In this document: positions 29,788 through 38,403 of the stretch, piece after piece
Layout: every line of letters begins with the position of its first letter
How positions within the stretch are numbered: position 1 is the stretch's first letter
NCBI GenBank assembly: GCA_039630575.1
Contig: JBCNUW010000003.1
Span: forward strand, 1 to 64,000
DNA length: 64,000 nucleotides
Reading direction: 5' to 3'
DNA from: Candidatus Hydrothermales bacterium
GTDB taxonomy: Bacteria; Hydrothermota; Hydrothermia; Hydrothermales; JAJRUZ01
Notes under the pieces: model-generated
Databases searched by the model: none
What the model saw: the letters and a program-made list of their open reading frames with translations, nothing else
What the model was told of the DNA's origin: nothing
Made by a program: the position numbers and the translations under genes

Positions 29788-30057
29788 CTACAAAGAAGGT
29801 GGACCTCTTGAGAGATAATTTATTAGGGTTTGAAAATCAAAAATTTTTGGAAGTGAATTTAAAATTATTTTTATTATGTTATGAAAAATTAATATTTTCC
29901 CTTTATCAATATTTTCAAAATTTGAAATATTTAATTCACAGACTGCACAATCCTCATCTCTTATTTCTAAATGATTGTGATTTAAAAAGTTAAAAAATAA
30001 AAAAGATGATAATATAGTTTCTATTAAAATGATTTTTTTAATTATTTTGAATAGCTT
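29788..30057 (-). CDS. Unannotated DUF2946/CutF/CruR-like leader peptide (HxH, CxxC, C-terminal RGPP); start codon uncertain
   Basis: Manual translation: KLFKIIKKIILIETILSSFLFFNFLNHNHLEIRDEDCAVCELNISNFENIDKGKILIFHNIIKIILNSLPKIFDFQTLINYLSRGPPSL*. No in-frame ATG/GTG/TTG start, so it is missing from the ORF track. Confidence 0.8.
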   Translation of the reverse strand, partial: KLFKIIKKIILIETILSSFLFFNFLNHNHLEIRDEDCAVCELNISNFENIDKGKILIFHNIIKIILNSLPKIFDFQTLINYLSRGPPSL

Positions 30058-30059
30058 TC

Positions 30060-30083
30060 AAAAAAAGGGATTTGAACCCCTTT
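30060..30083 (-). terminator. Intrinsic terminator with T-loop-like loop
   Basis: AAAGGGG-TTCAAA-TCCCTTT running into a T tract, about 10 nt after the lipoprotein stop. Confidence 0.7.
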
Positions 30084-30092
30084 CTATTGATT

Positions 30093-30935
30093 TTAACGGG
30101 TTTTTGAAATTGGTGTTCCGTTATAATCAGCTGTGTAATAGTTGCAGTAATATGTTATAGTAAGATAATTAGTTCCGTCTGTTACTTTGATTTTACCTCT
30201 ATCAGGATATTCACAATCTGAATATTCGTTGAAATGTAAATCTTCACCTATAAATTTTAGAGCATAGGTAATTCCAGCATATTTGAATTCTGAGTTACCA
30301 TCAAAATTGAGTACTCCAGCAACCCATGGATCGCTAGGATTATCTGGTATGTAATTGAAGTCAAAATGTGTTGACCACGAAACTTCTGTTTTCGTAATGT
30401 ATGCATAGTCATATTCAATATGACCAGAAAAAGAGGTTCCTACTTTATCGATATCATAAACAGAATTTGATCTAACAGTAATTAAGGTAGAATCTCCATG
30501 AATAAATTTAAACTCATAATCAGAAAATTTAAGGTAAAAACCTGAAGTGGCATCATTATCGTTTTTATCTTTTATTTCAATTGTTCCACTAAAGATATAT
30601 GTGTAAGGTGGATATGAGACTGTACAGTTATTGTAAGTAATTTTAGCATCTCTGTAATAACCATCACTATCTCCGTCACTGAAGTCTCCATCTCGTGTCT
30701 CACAAGGATCTTGGTTTATTCCATTTCTTTTAAAAGGTGAAATATTAACCTCGTCAGGTTTGAACATTGTGAGAATCAGAAATCTAAATCCATCAGCAAC
30801 TGAGGGAGCAATTGCCTGAGCTGTTTGTTGATTTAGTTCTGTTTGAGGTTTTGGTTCAGTTTTCTTCTCCTTTTTGCAGTTATAAAGGAATATCAGACCC
30901 AGAATTAGGCTTGTTATTAAAGTTATTTTTTTCAT
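30093..30935 (-). CDS. Putative lipoprotein of unknown function
   Basis: MKK, hydrophobic stretch, then LYNC followed by a Lys-rich segment; beta-rich, several Cys, DGDSDG motif. Confidence 0.7.
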   Translation of the reverse strand: MKKITLITSLILGLIFLYNCKKEKKTEPKPQTELNQQTAQAIAPSVADGFRFLILTMFKPDEVNISPFKRNGINQDPCETRDGDFSDGDSDGYYRDAKITYNNCTVSYPPYTYIFSGTIEIKDKNDNDATSGFYLKFSDYEFKFIHGDSTLITVRSNSVYDIDKVGTSFSGHIEYDYAYITKTEVSWSTHFDFNYIPDNPSDPWVAGVLNFDGNSEFKYAGITYALKFIGEDLHFNEYSDCEYPDRGKIKVTDGTNYLTITYYCNYYTADYNGTPISKTR

Positions 30936-31018
30936 CTTTATAATATAACAGTTTTTAACCGACTAGAACGGCTGTTAAATTTATAATTATAAAAAATCTA
31001 AAAAAAGTTTCTCAATTT

Positions 31019-31442
31019 AAATGGGAGAAAGGGCAAAGATTTAAAATTTAAGGTTTATATCTTATTTACCTTTTGTTTCACCCTCAACTTCTATTGTAAA
31101 TGTAACAACTGTAAAGTAACCTAAAATGGAACTGATTAAAACATCTACAAAACTCATATAACTTTTTGCCTTTACGTTTTTCAAATTATATTTTGCAATC
31201 AAGTCTTCTGTTGAGTTATCAGTAATTGGAACAAGACCATAAAGTACATACCATACCCTTTTTGTAAGTTTTACTTTGCCTACATCTGTTTCGCTCATAA
31301 TTTTGACTTCTGATTCAGGTGGTGCTATAAATTTAACGTTATAGCAAGCTACAAGATTAAATAAAATAATTATGGCTATAATTTTTTTCATATTTTATCC
31401 TCCTTTTTTTATTTTTTTTAATTTTTGCCCTTTCTCCCATTT
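31019..31442. repeat. Perfect 19-bp inverted repeat enclosing a small gene
   Basis: AAATGGGAGAAAGGGCAAA at 31019-31037 and TTTGCCCTTTCTCCCATTT at 31424-31442. Confidence 0.95.
31062..31391 (-). CDS. Small Bor/Iss-like lipoprotein
   Basis: LVAC lipobox, WYVLYGLVP, SFVD.LIS..LG..TV...TIEVE pattern; strong AGGAGG Shine-Dalgarno. Confidence 0.7.
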   Translation of the reverse strand: MKKIIAIIILFNLVACYNVKFIAPPESEVKIMSETDVGKVKLTKRVWYVLYGLVPITDNSTEDLIAKYNLKNVKAKSYMSFVDVLISSILGYFTVVTFTIEVEGETKGK

Positions 31443-31455
31443 TAAATTTTTTAAA

Positions 31456-31484
31456 ATTATACTAAAAAATTCTAAGATATTCAA
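31456..31484 (-). promoter_or_regulatory. Promoter TTGAAT-N17-TATAAT for the Bor-like gene
   Basis: -35 at 31479-31484, -10 at 31456-31461. Confidence 0.65.
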
Positions 31485-31516
31485 ATTTAAATTTTAGATT
31501 TTGTTTTTTTGGATAT

Positions 31517-32251
31517 TTACTCAAAAATTAACTTTAACGCAAATATTATAAGAACTCCAAGAGTAAAAAGAAGAAACGAATTTATTGATTTTTTCAAATC
31601 TCTCTCATTATGTAGTTCAGGAACAAGATCTGAGGCTGATATATACAAAAAATTGCCTGCTACAAAAGGTAAAAGATAATAAATAAATTCTGATTCTTTA
31701 AAGAAAAAGTAACCAGAGACCCCACCAATTATTGCAGTAAGACTTGTCAAAAAATTCAAAAGAAGTGCATTTTTTTTAGACATCCCTCCAAAAATTAAAA
31801 TTGCATAATCGCTTAATTCTTGGGGAACTTCATGGGCTAAAACTATTAAAGTTGTTACAACACCGAATCTTAAATCAACGAGAAATGATGTTGCAATAAT
31901 AACACCATCTATTAAATTATGAAGAGAATCACCAATAAGACTTAAATAAGTTACAGGATGTATTTCACATTCCAATTCATGACAGTGTCTCCACCTAAAG
32001 AATTTTTCTAATACGAAAAAAAAGATAAAACCAAATATTAAAAGCCAAGAGGCTGCTAAAGGTTCTATTTTTTCCAAGGAATGGGGCAAAAGATGAAGTA
32101 GTGAACCTCCAAGCAAAGCTCCTGTTGCCAGTGATATAAGAAAAAATATTAATCTATCTAAAATTTCCTTATTTAGAATTAAAATAATAACTCCTACAAG
32201 TGATATCAGACTTACAAAGAAAGTTGAAATTACTATACTTGTAAGAATCAT
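31517..32251 (-). CDS. ZIP-family divalent metal transporter
   Basis: GDSLHNLIDG, HEVPQELSD, HCHE loop, YISASDLVPELH. Confidence 0.92.
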   Translation of the reverse strand: MILTSIVISTFFVSLISLVGVIILILNKEILDRLIFFLISLATGALLGGSLLHLLPHSLEKIEPLAASWLLIFGFIFFFVLEKFFRWRHCHELECEIHPVTYLSLIGDSLHNLIDGVIIATSFLVDLRFGVVTTLIVLAHEVPQELSDYAILIFGGMSKKNALLLNFLTSLTAIIGGVSGYFFFKESEFIYYLLPFVAGNFLYISASDLVPELHNERDLKKSINSFLLFTLGVLIIFALKLIFE

Positions 32252-32275
32252 TTTGATTTATATTATAATAAAAAA

Positions 32276-33463
32276 ATGATAAAACCTGCCATTTTAGGTA
32301 ATCCCCCGGCCTTCGATTTTCAAATACCTATAAGTAAACCCTTTACTCCGAAAGTTAAAGACATAAAAGATAAATTCTCAGAAATATTTTTAACTGGTCA
32401 AATCACAAATGGTAAATATGTTAAAGAGTTTGAAGATATGATATGTGATTACCTTAATGTTCCCTACGCTATATGTGTCTCAAGCTGTACCTTAGGTCTT
32501 GTTCTAACTATTAAAGCCCTTTCACTTGAGGGTTCTAAATTTATTGTACCATCCTTCACGTTTCCTGCTACAGTTACACCACTTTTATGGAATAATATTG
32601 AACCAAAGTTTGTAGATATCGATTCTCAAACATTTAATATCTCTATTGAAAGTATTGAAGAGAGTATTGACAAGGACACAAAAGGTATCCTTGCAGTTCA
32701 TGTTTATGGTACACCTTGTGATGTAGAATCTCTTGAAAGATTAGCAAAAAAGTATAACCTTGTTCTTTTATTTGATGCAGCTCATGCTTTTGGTTCAAAG
32801 TTTAAAGGAAGTTTAATAGGTAGTTTTGGAGAAGCTGAAGTTTTCAGCTTAAGTCCAACTAAAACAGTTGTTGCTGGTGAGGGTGGAGTGATAACTACTA
32901 AAAATAAAGTACTTGCCGAAAAATTAAGAATTTTGAGAAATTATGGTGATCCCGGAACTAACAATTTCGAGTACTTAGGACTTAACTCAAGATTGAGTGA
33001 ACTCCATGCTATTCTTGGAATTTTTTCTTTAAAAAGAGTTGAAGAGGAAGTAGAAAGAAGGAATGAATTGGCTAATATTTACATGGAAAATCTAAAAGAT
33101 ATACCTGGCATAAGTTTTCAAAAAGTTAAAGAGTATGTAAGATCAACTTTTAAGGATTTCTCAATTATTATAGATGAGGAAAAATTTGGTCTTAAAAGAG
33201 ATATCTTAAAACTAGCGCTTGAAAAAGAAAATATACAAGTCAAAAGATATTTTTATCCTCCCTGTCACAAACAGAAATTATTCGGTGAAAAATATAAAGA
33301 TTTAAATTTAAAAGTAACCGAAAAAATCTCTTTAAGTGTTATAAGTTTACCTATTTATTCTACTTTAAATAAAAAAGATGTGATTAAAATCTGCAATTGC
33401 ATAAAACGAATTTTTGATTTCAAAGAGGAAATAAAAAGTTATCTTTCACTTAATGAATGGTAG
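32276..33463 (+). CDS. DegT/DnrJ/EryC1/StrS sugar aminotransferase
   Basis: PSFTFPAT, VHVYG, DAAHAFG, FSLSPTK (PLP lysine), GEGG, GLNSRLSE. Confidence 0.93.
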   Translation: MIKPAILGNPPAFDFQIPISKPFTPKVKDIKDKFSEIFLTGQITNGKYVKEFEDMICDYLNVPYAICVSSCTLGLVLTIKALSLEGSKFIVPSFTFPATVTPLLWNNIEPKFVDIDSQTFNISIESIEESIDKDTKGILAVHVYGTPCDVESLERLAKKYNLVLLFDAAHAFGSKFKGSLIGSFGEAEVFSLSPTKTVVAGEGGVITTKNKVLAEKLRILRNYGDPGTNNFEYLGLNSRLSELHAILGIFSLKRVEEEVERRNELANIYMENLKDIPGISFQKVKEYVRSTFKDFSIIIDEEKFGLKRDILKLALEKENIQVKRYFYPPCHKQKLFGEKYKDLNLKVTEKISLSVISLPIYSTLNKKDVIKICNCIKRIFDFKEEIKSYLSLNEW

Positions 33464-34824
33464 TTACTATAAATTCTATCATAAAAATTGTTAATTTTTC
33501 TTTTTTCAAAGGCTTCCATTATTTCTCTGACAGCATGTTCAATCTCGTATTTTATGTCAAATTTTAAAGTTTTTTTTATTTTTTCAAAGGAAACTGAATA
33601 GTTTCTGCTGTCCTCTTTTTCTCTTAAAAGAACAATTTTAGATTCTGGTATCAATTTTTTTATTTTTTCTGCAACCTCTAAAATACTCAAATTCATTCTA
33701 TCAGAACCCACATTGAAAATTTCTCCACTTACTTTATAATCAGGCGCTTCGATTACTTTAATAATCGCTCTTGCAATATCCTTAACATGGATAAAAGGTC
33801 TAATTTGTTTACCTTTACCATATACTGTGATTTTTTTCTCTTTTAAGGCTTTTGCAATTAAAAGATTTACTACAAGATCAAAGCGCATTCTTGGTGAATA
33901 ACCAAAAGCTGTAGCAAATCTGAGTATTACAGGAGAGAAGCCATCTCCCTTCAGATCAAGTAGTGCTTTCTCTGAAAGAAGTTTAGTTTCAGCATACAGT
34001 GAAAGTGGAGAGGGTTCTGTTTCCTCTGTACACTTTTCCTTTTTATAGCCATAAACGCTGCAGGTAGACGCAAAAATAAGCTTTCCTATTCCAAGGTATT
34101 TTGATACTTCACCGAGGTTTTTTGTTGAAAAATAATTAATTTCAAGAGTTTCTCTAGGCTTTAATCTGCTTGAAGGATCTCCAACTATTGCAGCTAAGTG
34201 AACAACAAGATCTACATCTTGAATTGCCTCTACTAAATCTCTCGTGTTTATCAAATCGCCTTTAAAAAATTTGAATCTTCTACTTTTTATATTTACAATT
34301 CCCTGATTTCCATAAAGTAAATTATCAAAAATCTTTACTGAGTATCCTCTTCTAAGAAGCATTCTTGTAAGAACAGATCCAATGTATCCAGCACCACCAA
34401 TAAGAAGTATTTTTTTTGTTTTCTTTAATTTTTTAGGTATAAAGTCAAAAAGGAAATTCCTTTTCGGTTCTATGGAAACAATTTTTATAATTCTTTTACT
34501 CTTTGATATAACAGGCACTATTAAATTTTTTGATTTTGGAATTTTATTTTCTTCTTTAAGCTTTTGTATTAGTACTGAAATTTTTTTTCTATCCCAATGC
34601 TCATAAAATTTAATAGGTCTTTTATTCATAATTTTTTCAATTTTATCGCCTAAACTTGCACCTCTAAGCAAAGCTCTTCTTATATCTCCATCACTTACAA
34701 TACCTTTTAATCTCTTTTTACTGTCCACAACAAAAGCTAAACCTAAACCAGTTTCATTAATAATATGAATTGTGTCTTTTAGATTTTTATTTATGTGTAT
34801 TAGAGGCAGTTTATCCATTATCAA
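33439..34824 (-). CDS. CBS-domain plus NAD-dependent epimerase/dehydratase fusion
   Basis: N-terminal VVD...LKGIVSDGDIRRALL (CBS); GGAGYIGS, HLAAIVGDP, STCSVYG, YAETK, RFDLVVN. Confidence 0.85.
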   Translation of the reverse strand: MIMDKLPLIHINKNLKDTIHIINETGLGLAFVVDSKKRLKGIVSDGDIRRALLRGASLGDKIEKIMNKRPIKFYEHWDRKKISVLIQKLKEENKIPKSKNLIVPVISKSKRIIKIVSIEPKRNFLFDFIPKKLKKTKKILLIGGAGYIGSVLTRMLLRRGYSVKIFDNLLYGNQGIVNIKSRRFKFFKGDLINTRDLVEAIQDVDLVVHLAAIVGDPSSRLKPRETLEINYFSTKNLGEVSKYLGIGKLIFASTCSVYGYKKEKCTEETEPSPLSLYAETKLLSEKALLDLKGDGFSPVILRFATAFGYSPRMRFDLVVNLLIAKALKEKKITVYGKGKQIRPFIHVKDIARAIIKVIEAPDYKVSGEIFNVGSDRMNLSILEVAEKIKKLIPESKIVLLREKEDSRNYSVSFEKIKKTLKFDIKYEIEHAVREIMEAFEKRKINNFYDRIYSNYHSLSER

Positions 34825-35435
34825 TCAATTATAACCTCTCCATTAGGTTTTAATTCTTTTATTTTTAATCCCTCAAAAGTATAAACTTCTGTTTCTTTAT
34901 TTTTCCATTCGTTATAAGAAAGACCAGCCTTAAGACAAGTTTCAGATAAAAACTTTTCCTCATCAAAACCATACTCTAATGCAACTTGGGGTAGTAAAAG
35001 CCCCCTGTTTAATCCCTTTTTCACCATCAATCCTGTTTTTCCAATTATGATATAATTTTTGTATTCTGTAGGGTTTACCTCTAAAAGTTTGGGTTCACTT
35101 AGTATTGTTATTTCTAAAATTAAATTTAAAAGTTCTCTTTCGTTTTTTATCGGAGGAAATCTTGGATCATAAAAAGCTGATTCGACAGAAGTTATCAGTA
35201 TATTTTCCCATATCGGATTAGTTGGATAAGGGTTCCCTATACATCCTCTTAAAGTTTTTTTTGGATAAGTGTATAGTGTTGTAAAAACTCCCATGTTTTC
35301 AGAAAATTTTGTTTTTATTTCTTCACTAGCTTTAACTTCCTCTCCCTTGAGGTGTTTTTTAATTGCCTCCCTTGCAAGATCAATAAGTTTTTTTCCATCT
35401 TCCTTATTTATTTTCAAATCTTTCAAGTTTTTCAT
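34821..35435 (-). CDS. AMMECR1-domain protein
   Basis: GVFTTL, LRGCIG, DPRFPP, GLLLPQVA, CLKAGL. Confidence 0.93.
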   Translation of the reverse strand: MKNLKDLKINKEDGKKLIDLAREAIKKHLKGEEVKASEEIKTKFSENMGVFTTLYTYPKKTLRGCIGNPYPTNPIWENILITSVESAFYDPRFPPIKNERELLNLILEITILSEPKLLEVNPTEYKNYIIIGKTGLMVKKGLNRGLLLPQVALEYGFDEEKFLSETCLKAGLSYNEWKNKETEVYTFEGLKIKELKPNGEVIID

Positions 35436-38403
35436 AATATTTTAAAATTATCTCCTTTAAATTTGGAGATAAATTTTCATCATTTAAAAGTTCTCTTTTT
35501 CCCTCAAGTATTTTAAAATAATTTTTAAAGTTAATTTCTATAGGTATAGAGGTCTCGTAAGGTTTGGGTCTTTCTGCATATCTTTTTTTAACAAATTCTC
35601 TTTTTCTTACACTTTTTTGTGCCTGCAGCAATCTTGACATTATTCTCTCCTGAATATCTTTTAATCTTTCAGTTACTTCAAACTCACTTAACTTTTTTTG
35701 AGATTCTTCCATATCCTTTGCTGCTCCCTCAAGTATATCTTTTGTATTTAATCCAGTCCCTTTTTTCTCTAGTTCTTCAATTAATTTTGACAGCTCCTTT
35801 AATAATTCACCTTGCTCCTTCGCTAATTCCTGTAAGAACCTTTTTTCTTCTTCGGAAAGCTCAACGGGTTGTGGTAAGGGTAAGATAGAAAGTGTTAACC
35901 TGTTTATATTTCCTTGTTTTTTGATTAGATCTGAGAGTTTTTGCATAAAATTCTCCATCATTTCACCTTCGCTCCCCTTTGTGTTTGAAATCTCTTTAGA
36001 AAAATTTAAGATAATATAAGATGATTTTGAAAGTGATGCTCTTATATCTTTTAGTATCCTTTCAGCCTGATAATTTTCTTTTTTTTCAATTTTGTCTAAA
36101 TATTCATCCATCAAAAATTCCGCAACTTTCATTTCTCTTATCGCCTCATGGGGAAACAGCAGCGTATTTCTTGTTTCTAAAATTATCTCCTCTATAAATT
36201 TTCTATAAGCTATGTTAAAATCTTGGTCAAAGTTTTCGATTTCTTTTATAAATCCCATCAATCCCCAAAACGTTTTTTCTATTAATTTAAATGAAAATTC
36301 TAAATTTTTTTTAAGAAAACTTTCTAAGGCAATTTCAAGATTTTCTCTCATTCTTTTTGCTTTGTTATAACTTTCCTTTAAATTTTTTTTATCAATAGCA
36401 CTTAAAGAAGCCTTTCCCTCCCTTATAGCCTCGTCAATTTTTAACTTAGTTTCCTCACTATAATTATCCTTTATATCCTCCATCTCTTTAACTATATTAC
36501 TGAGCTCTTCTTTATTCTCACTTATACTCTTTTCTTCAGGTTTTCTCTGTGTTTCAACCATTTTACTTTCTAAATTTTTTGCCCTCTCAACCAGTTTTTT
36601 AAGCTGATATTCTCTCTTTATTCTCTCAAGTAAAGAGATTGTTCTTTCCAAATTCTCTTTCCACATTTCCCTTTTTTGAATTAATTCTTTTATACTTTTT
36701 TCAATTTGTTCTTTATTTTCAAATCTAATAGCCTCTTCAAGTTTTTCGTAAGCTTTTTTAAGTTCTTCACTAAATAATTCTCTCATCAACTCTGTTATTT
36801 TATGTATTTTCTCATTTAGCTCTGGATCAATTGAAACTAAATTTTCTTCGAAGTATTTAATTTTCCTTTCAATTTCTTCTAGCTTGTGGGTTAGTTCTTC
36901 AATTGTTTTTTGAATTTCAACAGTTTCTTTTATTAACTCACTCTTTGTAATATTTTCATTTATTTTTTCTCTTAACTCTTTAATTTCATCTAAAATATGT
37001 GATGCCTCTGTTTTTATGGTTACAAGTTCTCCCTTGAATTTTTCTGTTTCTTTTTTTACCTCCTCATATATTTCTTCAAATGTTGGCATATGAATTAGAA
37101 TTTTTCTTGAATCCGAAAACTTTTTTGTTTCATCTTTATCATAGACTCTGAAATAAACATAAAAGTTTTCTCCAGGTTTTGGATTTAAAGGGTCAAGATC
37201 AAGAAAATAAGAAAAAGTGTCTTCTTTTTTATCTTCAAACTTTTTAACAATTTTTTCAAGAAAATTCTTGTTATCTCTTTGTAGGTAAATATATGCCTTA
37301 TCAAGACCTATATCATCACTTGCGTATACTAAAAAGGGAATTTTCATGTTATCTGGGACTTTAACATCATTTTCAGGGTATATTATTTTTACAGTTGGTT
37401 TTAGTTCCTTCAAAATTTCTACATAAATTAATTGGGGATCGAAAAAACTGTCTTTTTCTACATAATGTATAAATCTGATTTTAGAGTTTTCTAAAAATTT
37501 TATTTTGAAACTGTATTCACTTTTGTTTTTAAAAATAATTTTTAGGTAATCTGTTAATATTTTCTCAGAATCAACAGGAAAGGAAAGTGATACTTTAAAT
37601 TCAATTTCTTTATTTTCCTTTATTTTAATGAAAGGAAGAGGTAATTCTTCACCTTCACTTTTGGCATTTATTTTTTTTATCTTCGGAGGATCCAAAAACT
37701 TTGTTTTTAAATAAGGAGTTTCGTCATTTTCCGTTACTAATTTAAACTCAAAATCTCCTGGTTCAGGTTTTGTTGTAATAATAACAATATTATCATAAAC
37801 AGGAATTTTTTCCTTATATTTTTTGTCTCCCTTTTTGTAAAAAAAAGTTACTTTGTTAACTTTTTTCCCTACTATCCTTGCTTTGTAAATAAAGGGCTGT
37901 GTAGTATAGTAAAAGGGTCTAAGTTTTTTGTAAATAATTTTTTCTTTTGGCTCTTTTACTTCAAATAAATTTTTTGTATAATTATCATTAAATATAATAG
38001 ATCCTACTGTTAATATGAATAAAGAAAAAATAAAAACTTTTATTTCTCTTTTAAGGTTCTTATTAAATATTTTTTTTAGATCAATTTTGTCTAATTTACT
38101 GAAAATAAAGTTGGAGTAAGCTCTTTCAAAGTTGTTTTTGCTTTCACTATAGATAAAGGCTGTAAGTATTTTACCTTCATACCCATCTAATAACTTTTCA
38201 AGCTCTATTGCGAAATACCTTTTATTTTTAAGAAAAATTTTTAGCGGTATAAAAAAGAGAAAAAATGGGAATAAAAAGATAATTTTAAATCCAGTAACTC
38301 CAAAGAATGCAACAGATAAAAAAAGGGATGATAAAAAAAGTAAAATAAATTTTTTCAGTTCATAGATAATTACTATTTTCCTAAATTCTTTTAATTTCTT
38401 CAT
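35404..38403 (-). CDS. Large membrane-anchored Ig-like plus coiled-coil protein (DUF4175-like)
   Basis: N-terminal TM segments, PTVKIIYP..D / A.DD.GL beta domain, long Glu/Lys-rich helical region, C-terminal I..YYEKL. Confidence 0.6.
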   Translation of the reverse strand: MKKLKEFRKIVIIYELKKFILLFLSSLFLSVAFFGVTGFKIIFLFPFFLFFIPLKIFLKNKRYFAIELEKLLDGYEGKILTAFIYSESKNNFERAYSNFIFSKLDKIDLKKIFNKNLKREIKVFIFSLFILTVGSIIFNDNYTKNLFEVKEPKEKIIYKKLRPFYYTTQPFIYKARIVGKKVNKVTFFYKKGDKKYKEKIPVYDNIVIITTKPEPGDFEFKLVTENDETPYLKTKFLDPPKIKKINAKSEGEELPLPFIKIKENKEIEFKVSLSFPVDSEKILTDYLKIIFKNKSEYSFKIKFLENSKIRFIHYVEKDSFFDPQLIYVEILKELKPTVKIIYPENDVKVPDNMKIPFLVYASDDIGLDKAYIYLQRDNKNFLEKIVKKFEDKKEDTFSYFLDLDPLNPKPGENFYVYFRVYDKDETKKFSDSRKILIHMPTFEEIYEEVKKETEKFKGELVTIKTEASHILDEIKELREKINENITKSELIKETVEIQKTIEELTHKLEEIERKIKYFEENLVSIDPELNEKIHKITELMRELFSEELKKAYEKLEEAIRFENKEQIEKSIKELIQKREMWKENLERTISLLERIKREYQLKKLVERAKNLESKMVETQRKPEEKSISENKEELSNIVKEMEDIKDNYSEETKLKIDEAIREGKASLSAIDKKNLKESYNKAKRMRENLEIALESFLKKNLEFSFKLIEKTFWGLMGFIKEIENFDQDFNIAYRKFIEEIILETRNTLLFPHEAIREMKVAEFLMDEYLDKIEKKENYQAERILKDIRASLSKSSYIILNFSKEISNTKGSEGEMMENFMQKLSDLIKKQGNINRLTLSILPLPQPVELSEEEKRFLQELAKEQGELLKELSKLIEELEKKGTGLNTKDILEGAAKDMEESQKKLSEFEVTERLKDIQERIMSRLLQAQKSVRKREFVKKRYAERPKPYETSIPIEINFKNYFKILEGKRELLNDENLSPNLKEIILKYYEKLERFENK

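Noticed and set aside
29799..29993. 64-aa plus-strand ORF in the ORF track
   Set aside because: It is antisense to the motif-bearing CxxC/RGPP frame and has no SD or recognisable features.
30064..30083. tRNA gene or tRNA-derived att site
   Set aside because: Only a T-arm-like hairpin is present; there is no acceptor, D or anticodon arm and no integrase.
30993..31502. Outer 11-bp inverted repeat AAAATCTAAAA / TTTTAGATTTT around the Bor-like cassette
   Set aside because: Low complexity and asymmetric spacing relative to the 19-bp repeat; could be chance.
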